Origin: Synergistales bacterium
GTDB lineage: Bacteria > Synergistota > Synergistia > Synergistales > JAFGMB01
Length of the DNA stretch: 64,000 nt
Assembly (NCBI GenBank): GCA_963666205.1
Contig: OY762654.1
Span: 32,001-96,000, forward strand
Reading direction: 5' to 3'
Each line of letters starts with the position of its first letter. Position 1 is the first letter of the stretch. Below the pieces are notes generated by a model that saw only the letters and a list, made by a program, of their open reading frames with translations, was not told the DNA's origin and searched no databases. Positions 48,099-57,894 of this stretch are shown in pieces. Position numbers and translations under genes: made by a program.

Positions 48099-48973
48099 TC
48101 CCTGTCAGGATTAACAATTCCATGTCCCCAGTTGAGTTTTTCCTGTAAAAGGTCATAATAGTCACGATCTGGAAGCATGATCAATTTAACAGTTTTGTCT
48201 CTGGAAAGGGATATATCAATCCTGTCAGAGGGTAGTATCTCATACCCCAGCTGACCATCCTGAGTAAGGACAAGATCACGATGGTTACCTTTGGGGAGAA
48301 GTGATATTCTGTCGTCTTTTCCAAAGATCACAGGTCTGGAGTAAAGAGTATGGGCACATATGGGTGAAAGGACTATACAGGGGACATGTGGGGGGACGAT
48401 CGGGCCTCCTGCAGAAAGGGAGTATGCTGTTGACCCTGTCGGTGTTGCAACGATTATTCCATCTGTAGGTAATTGAGCGAAAAACTTGTCTTCTACTCTT
48501 ACTTCTACATGAATAACTCTTGCGAATGCACCCTTTGTGAGGACGAGATCGTTAATTGCAAAAACTGTATGTTTCTGAGTCTTCCCTCGCCATACTGTTC
48601 CCTTGAGAACCAGTCTTTCTTCGATGCGGTGTTTCCCTTCGAGGATCATCATGATGTCTTTCTCCGCTCTGTCCTGGTTGCCGGAGGCAAGAAATCCCAA
48701 ATGTCCCACATTAATTCCATAAAGTGGGATAGAATAATCAAGAACATAACGACCAGCTCTGAGAAAAGTTCCGTCCCCACCAATCACAATTGTAAAATCT
48801 ATAATGCTATGCCACTTTTCATCAGAATAGCCTGCGACTCCAAGCACAGACGCTTCATGGGGAGGTAGATAGAAGTCAATGCCTTCCTTTTTGCTCCATT
48901 TCAGTAGCCTGTGAGCCACCTCAAGAGCTTTAGGTTTTTGTGTGTTTACCAGAAGGCCTACATTGCCTTTCAT
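48095..48973 (-). CDS. nadK: NAD kinase
   Basis: GGDGTFL, GINVGHLGFL, ND, DGIIVATPTGSTAYSLSAGGP, DGQ. Confidence 0.96.
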   Translation of the reverse strand: MKGNVGLLVNTQKPKALEVAHRLLKWSKKEGIDFYLPPHEASVLGVAGYSDEKWHSIIDFTIVIGGDGTFLRAGRYVLDYSIPLYGINVGHLGFLASGNQDRAEKDIMMILEGKHRIEERLVLKGTVWRGKTQKHTVFAINDLVLTKGAFARVIHVEVRVEDKFFAQLPTDGIIVATPTGSTAYSLSAGGPIVPPHVPCIVLSPICAHTLYSRPVIFGKDDRISLLPKGNHRDLVLTQDGQLGYEILPSDRIDISLSRDKTVKLIMLPDRDYYDLLQEKLNWGHGIVNPDRE

Positions 48974-48994
48974 GCCATTCACTCCGTTCCTGAT

Positions 48995-49813
48995 TCAGTC
49001 AAGTTCATTATGAGCTTTTTCAACAATATTTCCAAGGTGGTGCAGATCCGAACTTATGGAACTACACTCATCTCTGGAAAGCAAGAGAAGAAATTCAATA
49101 TTTCCTTTCGGTCCCTTGATAGGCGAATGATCTATAGCTTGTAGATATAGCTCTGTTTCCTTTTCTATAAAAGAACTGATCTCAACAATTATTTCTTTGT
49201 GAATATCTGGGTCTTTTATTACTCCCTTTTTGCCTATGCGCTTTCTTCCTGCTTCAAACTGCGGTTTGAGAAGGGATATCACCTTTCCTTCAGGACCCAG
49301 AAGACCAGTCAATGGCTGCAGAAGCAGTTTTAGAGAGATAAATGATGCATCAATGGTTATAAGATCGATCTTTTTCGGGATATCAGTCTCCTTAAGATAT
49401 CGGGCGTTCTGTCGTTCCATAACTACCACCCTGGGATCTTGCCTGATTTTCCATGCTAATTGACCATATCCCACATCTACTGCATATACTTGAACAGCTC
49501 CCTTCGAAAGAAGAACTTCGGTAAAACCACCAGTAGATGCTCCTACATCCATACAAACAAGAGATTCTGGATCAATGGGGAAGACTTCTAATGCCTTGAG
49601 AAGTTTATTAGCTCCACGACTTACCCATTGTGTACCGGTGTTTGCTATATGGACTCTAGATCTTATGTCTACAAGAGTTCCAGCCTTCTGAATCTTTTCA
49701 TCGTCAACGTAGACATTACCTGCAAGTATTATCGCCTGGGCTCTGGAACGGGTGCCAACCAGTCCCAGTTCCACTATAAGCTGATCAAGCCTTTGCTTTT
49801 GTATGGCCAACAT
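48995..49813 (-). CDS. tlyA: TlyA-family rRNA 2'-O-methyltransferase
   Basis: S4 domain RLD..SRA, VSRGANKL, DVGASTGGFT, DVGYGQL, SFISL, KPQFE, SPIKGPKGNIEF. Confidence 0.94.
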   Translation of the reverse strand: MLAIQKQRLDQLIVELGLVGTRSRAQAIILAGNVYVDDEKIQKAGTLVDIRSRVHIANTGTQWVSRGANKLLKALEVFPIDPESLVCMDVGASTGGFTEVLLSKGAVQVYAVDVGYGQLAWKIRQDPRVVVMERQNARYLKETDIPKKIDLITIDASFISLKLLLQPLTGLLGPEGKVISLLKPQFEAGRKRIGKKGVIKDPDIHKEIIVEISSFIEKETELYLQAIDHSPIKGPKGNIEFLLLLSRDECSSISSDLHHLGNIVEKAHNELD

Positions 49814-51641
49814 ATGCCTCTATAACTTTCTCAGGAGTCATTCCGCAATATTCCCATTGTTGCTCTGTCGTTCCATGAGGAATGAATTTATCCGGAACTC
49901 CAAATAATTTGACAGTTGTTCTTGACGAAATCGCGGTTGTTCGCCCTGCAATAATTTCACCGATTCCACCGTTAATATAACCATCTTCTGCGACGATTAC
50001 CAACCTGTGATCTTTTAAGACAGTATCTATGGTCTGATAATCCAGAGGTTTAACTATTCTAAGATCCAATACGGTTGGTTCCGGTAGGTTCTGTTCCATA
50101 GCCAATTGCCTTGCATGGAGCAGAAATTCAATAGTTTTCCCATAACCGATAAATGCCCATTCATTTCCCAATGAAAGGATCTTGCTTTTCATACTAGTGT
50201 TTGTCGGACGGGGACCTTTTCGATGAATGGATTTACATACTTTGCCTCTCGGATATCTGATCATAGTAGGTCCCTCTCTGGTAAAGGCATATCGAAACAT
50301 GAGTTCGAGGTCAATTAGATCTCTAGGTGCCAGAATATGTAGATTTGGAATTGACCTTCCCCAGGCGATGTCAAGAAGCCCCTGGTGTGTCTCTCCATCC
50401 TGACCTATAAGTCCTGCCCGATCAACAGAAATAACAACAGACAGGTTCTGCATTGCAATATCGTGAACCAGTTGATCCATGGCTCTCTGCATGAATGTTG
50501 AATAAATGAAGACGCAGGGCTTGATACCTCCTGCAGCCATACCTGCTGCCATTGTAAACATATGTTCTTCGGCTATTCCGACATCAAAGAATCTGTCCGG
50601 AAATCTTGCAGAAAAGCCGTTCAGCTTGTTGCCTTCTTTCATCGCAGCGGTAAGACACACTATGTCTTTGTCTTCATCCGCAAGTTTTTCAAGGGTAGAG
50701 GCCACTGCCTGACTCCAGGAAAAGCTGCATTTCGGGGATGTGCTTGCTGAAACTCCATGATATATCCATGGTTCCTCTTCTGCTTTTCTGTAACCCTTTC
50801 CTTTTTTTGTTACGACATGGATAATAACTGGTTTGTCATATTTTCTTGCCAGTCTGAAAACAGATTCAAGTTCTTTGATGTTATGGCCATCAAAGGGGCC
50901 CCAGTAGTTAATACCCATTTCGTCAAAGATATTATCTGGTTTAATGAGTCCTTTGATCTTGTTCTTTGTTTTTTCCAGAAAAGCTTCAATTGTTGCTCCC
51001 TTTGGTAATTTTGAAGAAAATTCCCGAACGATACGCTTGAGCTTTTTGTAAGTATAGTTTGAGCTGAGCCTGGCCAGATGAGTAGCAAATCCTCCAACTC
51101 TTTTGCTTATGCACATTTCGTTATCGTTAAGAATAAAAATTACTTTTGAGTTTGCTTCTTTGACATAGTTCAGTGCTTCAAAGGCCATTCCGTTCAGGAG
51201 AGATCCATCACCTATTATCGCAACTACGTCATGATTTGCTCCCTTAAGATCCCTTGCCTTGCCGAAGCCAAGAGAGGCAGAAAGAGATGTACTGCTGTGT
51301 CCTACATCAAAATGGTCAAATCTACTTTCTGATCTCTTAGGGAAACCACTTATGCCCTCCCATTGCCTCAAGGTATGAAACTCTTCTTTCCTGCCGGTAA
51401 GGATCTTATAAGGGTAAGACTGGTGACCTACATCAAAAACGATCTTATCTCTTTCAGGGTCGAATTGGCGCAACAGAGCAACAGTAAGTTCAACTGCCCC
51501 AAGAGGAGAACCGAGATGTCCACCATTCTTAAGAACAACCTTGATTATTGTATCCCTCAGTTCCTGGCATAATACGTTAAGAGATTCGTCTGAAAGATTT
51601 ACAAGATCATGATAATCTGTCATCCTGTCAAGTATTGCCAT
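49785..51641 (-). CDS. dxs: 1-deoxy-D-xylulose-5-phosphate synthase
   Basis: GGHLG, FDVGHQ, GFPKRSES, GDG...LNDN, DVGIAEEH, YSTFMQRA, DRAG..DGETHQG. Confidence 0.96.
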   Translation of the reverse strand: MAILDRMTDYHDLVNLSDESLNVLCQELRDTIIKVVLKNGGHLGSPLGAVELTVALLRQFDPERDKIVFDVGHQSYPYKILTGRKEEFHTLRQWEGISGFPKRSESRFDHFDVGHSSTSLSASLGFGKARDLKGANHDVVAIIGDGSLLNGMAFEALNYVKEANSKVIFILNDNEMCISKRVGGFATHLARLSSNYTYKKLKRIVREFSSKLPKGATIEAFLEKTKNKIKGLIKPDNIFDEMGINYWGPFDGHNIKELESVFRLARKYDKPVIIHVVTKKGKGYRKAEEEPWIYHGVSASTSPKCSFSWSQAVASTLEKLADEDKDIVCLTAAMKEGNKLNGFSARFPDRFFDVGIAEEHMFTMAAGMAAGGIKPCVFIYSTFMQRAMDQLVHDIAMQNLSVVISVDRAGLIGQDGETHQGLLDIAWGRSIPNLHILAPRDLIDLELMFRYAFTREGPTMIRYPRGKVCKSIHRKGPRPTNTSMKSKILSLGNEWAFIGYGKTIEFLLHARQLAMEQNLPEPTVLDLRIVKPLDYQTIDTVLKDHRLVIVAEDGYINGGIGEIIAGRTTAISSRTTVKLFGVPDKFIPHGTTEQQWEYCGMTPEKVIEAYVGHTKAKA

Positions 51642-51690
51642 TCTGATCACTTCCAATCCAATCCCCTGTTCAATCTCCAAGGATTATAAG

Positions 51691-52599
51691 TTATTTTGTC
51701 CGATTTTCGAGATATAGTGCCAGGTCTTTAAAAAACAAACCTTTCAATCCCAATTTTACCGCTTCATCCAGTGCACGTTGAGATTCTTCTCTTGCAAGTT
51801 GTACAGTTTTCTCATATCCAAAAGAAGAAATGAATGTCAATTTCCCCTGTTCCTGATCCTTTCCAGGAGTTTTACCCAGATGGGAAGCCTCTGATCTGAC
51901 ATCAAGGATATCATCGACAATCTGGAATGCCAGTCCAAGGTGCTTTGAATAAGTGGACATAATCTTGAATTCTTCAATATTTGCTCCAGCAATTGTGGCC
52001 CCGCATAGAACAGATGCCTGTATAAGGCATGAAGTCTTGTGAAGTGCTATCTTCCAGACAAAGTCAGTTTCATTCAACTGACTTTGAAGGTCTGTATCAA
52101 GTGTTTGACCACCATGTATTCCAGAAGGGCCTGCTGCTTTAAGGAGAATTTCCAAGGCTTCAACTAGAGTCTTTTCGTCAATTTCTTTCCTGCATCTTTT
52201 AAGGGGATACTCAAGAGCGGTTAGAAACAGAGATGTTCCAGCCATTAATGCAAGAGATTCCCCGAACTTCATGTGATTAGTTGGCTTCCCTCTTCGTAGA
52301 GAATCATTATCCATGCAAGGAAGATCATCATGGATCAGAGATGCGGTATGTATCATTTCTAATGCAAGAGCAAAGGGCATTACTGTCCTGAGATCAGAAC
52401 CAAAGGTCTGTGCTGCCTCAATGCAAAGTATAGGTCTAAGTCTTTTTCCCCCAGCCATCAGAGAATAACACATAGAATCCCATAACCGTGTTGGAATATC
52501 TTCCGGTTTTGCACAACAGAAACGATTAAGGGCCTGTTCTACACAATCCTTTCTCTGTATCAGAAAATCCTTCAAGGGTATCTTTTCAGAGTATATCAT
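51691..52599 (-). CDS. ispA: Geranyltranstransferase (short-chain polyprenyl diphosphate synthase)
   Basis: GGKRLRP, LIHDDLPCMD..RRG, GGQ..D, FQIVDDILD, GKTPGKD. Confidence 0.93.
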   Translation of the reverse strand: MIYSEKIPLKDFLIQRKDCVEQALNRFCCAKPEDIPTRLWDSMCYSLMAGGKRLRPILCIEAAQTFGSDLRTVMPFALALEMIHTASLIHDDLPCMDNDSLRRGKPTNHMKFGESLALMAGTSLFLTALEYPLKRCRKEIDEKTLVEALEILLKAAGPSGIHGGQTLDTDLQSQLNETDFVWKIALHKTSCLIQASVLCGATIAGANIEEFKIMSTYSKHLGLAFQIVDDILDVRSEASHLGKTPGKDQEQGKLTFISSFGYEKTVQLAREESQRALDEAVKLGLKGLFFKDLALYLENRTK

Positions 52600-52611
52600 T
52601 ACAATAGTGAT

Positions 52612-52830
52612 CTACTTTCCAAAATGATCTGTTCCAGGAAAGGGGACTTCCTCTCCTGTAGCGCTAAGAATGGTAACCTTCTGCTCAGTTTCCTTCAGGA
52701 AAGATTGACATTCTCTTATCAGTGCTATCCCCTCTTCAAACAGAAGTAATGATTCCTCAAGAGGAAGTTGCTCTTTTTCAAGGCGTTTTACAATTGAATC
52801 GATTTTATCCATTTTTTCTCTGAATAGCAT
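52612..52830 (-). CDS. xseB: Exodeoxyribonuclease VII small subunit
   Basis: IVKRLE..LPLEESLLLFEEGIALIRECQSFL..EQKV; upstream of ispA. Confidence 0.92.
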   Translation of the reverse strand: MLFREKMDKIDSIVKRLEKEQLPLEESLLLFEEGIALIRECQSFLKETEQKVTILSATGEEVPFPGTDHFGK

Positions 52831-52859
52831 GGCTATCCTCCAGGAGTTAAAGAATGTAT

Positions 52860-52889
52860 TTGCATTTTTATGTTACCCTGTGCTAAAAT
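52860..52889 (+). promoter_or_regulatory. Probable rpmB promoter
   Basis: TTGCAT-N18-TAAAAT with TG extension. Confidence 0.6.
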
Positions 52890-52936
52890 CCCATAGCTGA
52901 GCTTTCATTTTCACGGACAAGGAGGCGAACTCAGTA

Positions 52937-53131
52937 ATGGCTAAAGTCTGCGATTCCTGTGGGAGAGGTCCCACAACAGGAAACAATGTAAGCCACTCGA
53001 ACCGCCATACAAGAAGGTGTTGGAATGTGAACCTTCAGGAAGTTAAAGTTGATGTTGGTGGCGGAGAAACCAGACGGATGAAGATATGTACCAAGTGCCT
53101 CAGATCTGGTAGGGTTAAACGGGCTGTGTAA
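52937..53131 (+). CDS. rpmB: 50S ribosomal protein L28 (Zn-ribbon, C+ form)
   Basis: CDSC..GNNVSHSNRHTRR...CTKCLRS. RBS AAGGAGG. Confidence 0.97.
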   Translation: MAKVCDSCGRGPTTGNNVSHSNRHTRRCWNVNLQEVKVDVGGGETRRMKICTKCLRSGRVKRAV

Positions 53132-53146
53132 TACAGCCCGTTTTTT
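53117..53146 (+). terminator. rpmB terminator overlapping its stop codon
   Basis: AAACGGGCTGT-GTAAT-ACAGCCCGTTTTTT. Confidence 0.8.
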
Positions 53147-53900
53147 AGTCCCATTCAAGATATAGACCAAGCCAGCCATGATCAAATCCAAGGGTGATGT
53201 GTTCATGATTCCGACTCTCTATCCTGTTGCTTATGGCCCAGGGTTCGTCGATACTGAGGGATGAATTCTCTAATTCCCAGTATGTTCCGTTAAGATTGAT
53301 TCCGGTACATATTTCAGAAAGGGAGATCAGGGAAAGAACGTCCGGTTCCTCTCTAAAAGTGATTTCTATGGACTTACTACCCTCAAGGATTAACAAAACT
53401 TCCTTTTCGTCAGCAAGGCAACAGATTCCTGAACCTCTTTTACTGTATCCGAGACAGGAAAAAACGTTACTATGTGTGTGGTCGAACCTTCCTCCCCAAC
53501 AGCCTGTTACAATTACAGTAGATCCAGGCTCATCATATTCAATTCGTTTAAGGATCAACTGTAAATCTGTAAGATCCTTGTTTACAGGATATTTTTCAAG
53601 ATTAACATTATTTTTCGCTGCCCAGATTAAGCTTTCTGAATGCACACTGTCAAAATCCCCTAAAGCAATCACAGGAACAATACCTGTCTGACAACATATA
53701 TTCAGACCGGAATCGGCTGTCCAGATGGGAAAGAGTCGTGCAAAATCTGATAACCACTGTGGAGAAGGTGCTCTACCACCAGCCACAATGCCGATCCCAG
53801 GGACGTTAATAGGGACATTAAATATGAAAGATGCCTGTGGTAAGCTTAGTATGTGCTGTACGCCTCCATTCTCAACCGATACTTTGTTCAAATAGTTCAT
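53145..53900 (-). CDS. thiN: Thiamine pyrophosphokinase
   Basis: ADSG, GDFDS, KDLTDL, GGRFDH, ISN; start codon uncertain. Confidence 0.9.
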   Translation of the reverse strand: MNYLNKVSVENGGVQHILSLPQASFIFNVPINVPGIGIVAGGRAPSPQWLSDFARLFPIWTADSGLNICCQTGIVPVIALGDFDSVHSESLIWAAKNNVNLEKYPVNKDLTDLQLILKRIEYDEPGSTVIVTGCWGGRFDHTHSNVFSCLGYSKRGSGICCLADEKEVLLILEGSKSIEITFREEPDVLSLISLSEICTGINLNGTYWELENSSLSIDEPWAISNRIESRNHEHITLGFDHGWLGLYLEWD

Positions 53901-56211
53901 TTGCCTGATCTTCGTCAACAAGGATCTCTCTTGGTTTTGATCCTTCCTGTGGTCCTACTATGCCTATCTGCTCGAGCGTGTCTATAATTCTGGCGGCCCT
54001 GGTAAATCCGATTCTCAGCTGTCTCTGTAACCTGCTTGCGGATGCAATTCCAGTTCCCAGAATTATGCTGACCGCTTCTTCAATTAGTGGGTCATCAAGG
54101 TATGCCGTATCCCTTTCAGTATTTGATGACTCACCCTGATCTTCCAAGTCCACATATTCAGGTTCTCCAAACAGGTCTTTCATGTAGTTGATAAAATTTA
54201 TGCTTTGGGTCTCATCCATGTAAGGAGATTGTACTCTGACTGGACGTGGGTACTTGGAACTCACGAAAAGCATATCTCCCTTGCCGAGAAGTTTTTCAGC
54301 TCCCCCGAGGTCAATAATAGTTCTAGAGTCAGCTTGTGATGGTAAAGTAAAAGCTACCCTTGCCGGAATATTTGCTTTGATCAATCCAGTAACTACGTTA
54401 ACTGATGGACGCTGAGTGGCCAGAATGAGATGTATGCCTGTTGCTCTTGCCATTTGAGCCAGTCTGCATATAAAATCTTCAACCTCTTTCTGTGCAGTGA
54501 ACATAAGATCTGCCAATTCATCGACAATTATGACAATCCGGGGAAGTTTGTCTTTAGGGAGGACCTTTGAATTATAGGAAGCCAGATTCCTTACCCTGCT
54601 TCTGGCAAAGACCTCGTAGCGATGCTCCATTTCTCTGACTGCCCAGCCAAGGGCATGAACTGCTTTTTTAGGACTTACAACCGGTTTGCATAGAACGTGC
54701 GGTAGATGTTCATAAATATTAAGCTCTACTCTTTTAGGATCGATCATAAGAAGTCTCAGTTCCTCAGGTGTTCTCTGGCAGCAAAGCCCTGTAATACAGC
54801 TTGTTACAAATACACTCTTTCCAGATCCTGTTGTTCCGGCGACAAGAAGGTGAGGAAGGTCTTCAAGATTAATAAGTAGAGGGTTTGAATTTACTCTTAA
54901 CCCAGCAGGTAGGGGAAGTTGAAAGTGTGTATCCTTAAATTCCTGGGTTTCAAGAATTGATCTAATTGTTACAGATCGTCTGTGAGGTGCAGGTATCTCT
55001 ATACCCACGTAAGGTTTGAATGGAATGGGAGCCTCTACTCTCAATGCTGGTACGGCAAGAGAAACGGCAAGATCATTGCTCAAGCCTGCTACTCTACTGA
55101 CTTTAATACCAGGTGCCAACTGTAATTGAAACTGGATAACAGTGGGCCCAACGACTATTTCGGCTAATTCTGCCTGAATACCAAAATCATTCAGGGTCGA
55201 TATTACCTGCTGTCCCTGTTCTTCGATAATAGATCTGTCCACGTCCTGGTCATTAATCTGGGAAGGACCGAATAAATCAAGAGGGGGTGGAAATATACCT
55301 TTTTTGATTTTCAGTTGAAAACCATTAGTGGCAGTCTTTTCAGGGTCCTCTTCTTCCAGAAAATAGCCATCCTGATCTGTTCCAGTTTGATTAACAGGAT
55401 CATTAATGTTATCCATTCTGCCTGCTGGAGTAATTCTCTCTGGTTTAGGATCATCATCCATAATTAAAGGAGTAACATCGGAACTCTTAAGAAAGGACTC
55501 TTTCCTTTCCGGAATCATACTTTCAGGATCCTTGAGGTGAGAACTTTCTGCTTCATCAATCTCAGATCCTCCCTTTTCCGTTCCAGGCTTATTGGATACA
55601 GATCTTAAGAATGATTTAAGTGACTTACCCATATCTTTCATTCGAGAGAATATTACAAGTGTTTTATCAATCAGCAGGTTTACATGTACAAATCCGTAGA
55701 GAATCGATGAAAAAAGGGCCATCAGTAAACCTGTAAGCACAGCCCCAAGAGCTCCTGTCTTTGTGTACAGTATTGTTGCTATATAGGTTCCCATTTTACC
55801 TGGATACATAATGTCGAAAGGAAAAGTAGTGCCGGAAATACTGAAAAGTCCCAATACATGGCTGCAGCAGAAAAAAAGAGCTATTGTTCCTGCTAATTGC
55901 CTTATAAAGGAAGGAACTCTTTTTCTTAAGAGAAAACTGATTGACATATACCCGATATATAATAGGGGTATCAAGATCGCTCCACCGAAGTTGTCAACCA
56001 GATAATACTTGATAATCTTTCCCCATGTGCCAGTCGATAGAGAAAAGATAGATGCTGTAATGTAAGTCGCGATAAGAAGAACAATGAATACGCCAAGTTG
56101 TAGCCATGTCAAAAAGGTGTTTGATATAACTTCTAAAGATAAACGTTTTATTTTTTTATTGGAGGAAGTATTGTCTTTCCTTCCTCCATCTTCCCGGTTA
56201 AATAACTTCAT
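53872..56211 (-). CDS. ftsK: DNA translocase FtsK/SpoIIIE
   Basis: N-terminal TMs, PHLLVAGTTGSGKS, IDPKRVEL, VDELADLM, ATQRPS, gamma domain SASRLQRQLRIGFTRAARIID. Confidence 0.96.
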   Translation of the reverse strand: MKLFNREDGGRKDNTSSNKKIKRLSLEVISNTFLTWLQLGVFIVLLIATYITASIFSLSTGTWGKIIKYYLVDNFGGAILIPLLYIGYMSISFLLRKRVPSFIRQLAGTIALFFCCSHVLGLFSISGTTFPFDIMYPGKMGTYIATILYTKTGALGAVLTGLLMALFSSILYGFVHVNLLIDKTLVIFSRMKDMGKSLKSFLRSVSNKPGTEKGGSEIDEAESSHLKDPESMIPERKESFLKSSDVTPLIMDDDPKPERITPAGRMDNINDPVNQTGTDQDGYFLEEEDPEKTATNGFQLKIKKGIFPPPLDLFGPSQINDQDVDRSIIEEQGQQVISTLNDFGIQAELAEIVVGPTVIQFQLQLAPGIKVSRVAGLSNDLAVSLAVPALRVEAPIPFKPYVGIEIPAPHRRSVTIRSILETQEFKDTHFQLPLPAGLRVNSNPLLINLEDLPHLLVAGTTGSGKSVFVTSCITGLCCQRTPEELRLLMIDPKRVELNIYEHLPHVLCKPVVSPKKAVHALGWAVREMEHRYEVFARSRVRNLASYNSKVLPKDKLPRIVIIVDELADLMFTAQKEVEDFICRLAQMARATGIHLILATQRPSVNVVTGLIKANIPARVAFTLPSQADSRTIIDLGGAEKLLGKGDMLFVSSKYPRPVRVQSPYMDETQSINFINYMKDLFGEPEYVDLEDQGESSNTERDTAYLDDPLIEEAVSIILGTGIASASRLQRQLRIGFTRAARIIDTLEQIGIVGPQEGSKPREILVDEDQANELFEQSIG

Positions 56212-57583
56212 GACCAGTCTCTTTGCCTCCGACAATCATATTTTTAATGTAAAGGGTGGGTTGCCCATCCGTAACAGGAACACTCTGGCCTGATTTGCCG
56301 CAGATGCCTGGCATGAATGATAAATCATTACCCACCTCTATTATATCCTCTAATACCTGTGGCCCATTTCCCGTAAGAATAGCCCCCCTGACGGGCGTTG
56401 TAATTATGCCATTTTCTATTAGATATCCTTCTGTAACCTGAAAGACAAAATCACCAGAAGTAGGATTGACCTCCCCCCCTCCCATTTTTTTAACAAGAAG
56501 CCCCTTTGAAACTCTACGGACCATATTTTCCGGTGATGAATTCCCTGGGAGAATAAAGGTGTTTGTCATTCTTGGAAGTGGAATATTTCTGTAAGAACTT
56601 CTTCTTGCATTTCCTGATAGGGGTAAATTACCCTTCCTGGATGAGAAATAATCGGTAAGGACATTTCTAAGAATGCCCTTTTCAATAAGTACAGTTCGTT
56701 GTGAAGGCGTACCTTCATCGTCCACATTCAGGGAACCATAGTAGCCATCAAGAGTTCCATCATCTAAGAGTGTGATATGTTCACTGGCAACTTTTGTTCC
56801 CAGTTTTTCTCTGTAAACGGAAAAATCTTTTTGTATTATATCGGCTTCCAGACCATGTCCACATGCTTCATGGATCATTGTTCCTCCGGCTTCGCCAGAT
56901 AGTATAACGGGCATTTCACCTGCGGGACATTCTGGCGCATCAATCATAAGTAAAGCTCTATTTAGTGCCATTACTGCAGCCTGGCGTGGATCTATCTTCT
57001 CCTGGAATTTTCTTAATGGCAGAGATAAAGCCCTGCTTTCCAGACCCGTCTGGATATTGCTTCCCTTCTGGACTATTACCTGAACAATGAATGTACTGTA
57101 AAATCTTTGATCCTCAACTATATCTCCGTTATCTTTAAGCATCAGAATCTTTTTACGTGAACAATCATGTCTCATTGAAATCTGTGTCACAAGTTCAGAG
57201 TAGTCACGTATGTAGCGGTCGATTCCATGCATAAAACTGTAATCAGGTGATTCGAGTTTTTCAGGATCGTCCAGGATCTGATCTGTTTCATAGGTAAGCG
57301 GAAAATAATTCAGAGTGTCTATACAAGCACTGTTAGTTGCCTGTAAAAGACACTGAACAGCAGAAGAGAAACTGGTCGAAGGAGCATGTGCATAAGTCGT
57401 GGTATCTGAAGAAATGATCCGGGCTCCAACTCCCCTTGATGAGGAAGAACTGACCTCCTCGATCTTTCCATCTTCATAATGGGCGTTATGACCAGATGAC
57501 GTTTCGAAATAAAAATCATGAAAGACCTCTTCGTTTTGAAAAAGTCTATCAGCGAGGGTGGATAAAGAACTACATTTATTCAT
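56198..57583 (-). CDS. tldD: TldD-family metalloprotease subunit
   Basis: HEACGHGLEAD, DDEG, GNARRSSY, PRMTNT, GGEVN, CGKSGQSVPVTDGQP. Confidence 0.93.
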   Translation of the reverse strand: MNKCSSLSTLADRLFQNEEVFHDFYFETSSGHNAHYEDGKIEEVSSSSSRGVGARIISSDTTTYAHAPSTSFSSAVQCLLQATNSACIDTLNYFPLTYETDQILDDPEKLESPDYSFMHGIDRYIRDYSELVTQISMRHDCSRKKILMLKDNGDIVEDQRFYSTFIVQVIVQKGSNIQTGLESRALSLPLRKFQEKIDPRQAAVMALNRALLMIDAPECPAGEMPVILSGEAGGTMIHEACGHGLEADIIQKDFSVYREKLGTKVASEHITLLDDGTLDGYYGSLNVDDEGTPSQRTVLIEKGILRNVLTDYFSSRKGNLPLSGNARRSSYRNIPLPRMTNTFILPGNSSPENMVRRVSKGLLVKKMGGGEVNPTSGDFVFQVTEGYLIENGIITTPVRGAILTGNGPQVLEDIIEVGNDLSFMPGICGKSGQSVPVTDGQPTLYIKNMIVGGKETGHEVI

Positions 57584-57638
57584 TCAGTCACTTCCTATCT
57601 TCAATGAAAAGGGAACAGACGTAAGAAATTCACATGGA

Positions 57639-57890
57639 TTATTCAAGTGTTTCATCCAGAATTCTGAGGTCAGTGCCTTCTTCTGAAACAGAATCGATAA
57701 CTTCCCTCATTATATCCTCATTTCCCAGGGTCGAGTAGACAGAGACAAGGCCCTTGACCGGATCATCTGTAGTGAGAAAACCTATTCCTTCATAGGCATT
57801 TATAGTCCAGCTCAGATAACAAATATCAAGAGGATGCATAGAAATATGGAAACGATACATCCTGGCTTTTAAAGATCTTGTGCTGTTCAA
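57639..57890 (-). CDS. Small conserved protein, DUF4911-like
   Basis: DICYLSWTINAYEGIGFLTTDDPVKGLV pattern resembles DUF4911; in line with mltG and tldD. Confidence 0.7.
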   Translation of the reverse strand: MNSTRSLKARMYRFHISMHPLDICYLSWTINAYEGIGFLTTDDPVKGLVSVYSTLGNEDIMREVIDSVSEEGTDLRILDETLE

Positions 57891-57894
57891 TATT

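Noticed and set aside
52612-52830. xseB without adjacent xseA; argR absent between nadK and recN; ddl absent from dcw
   Set aside because: Separation of these genes is common and cannot be judged from one window.
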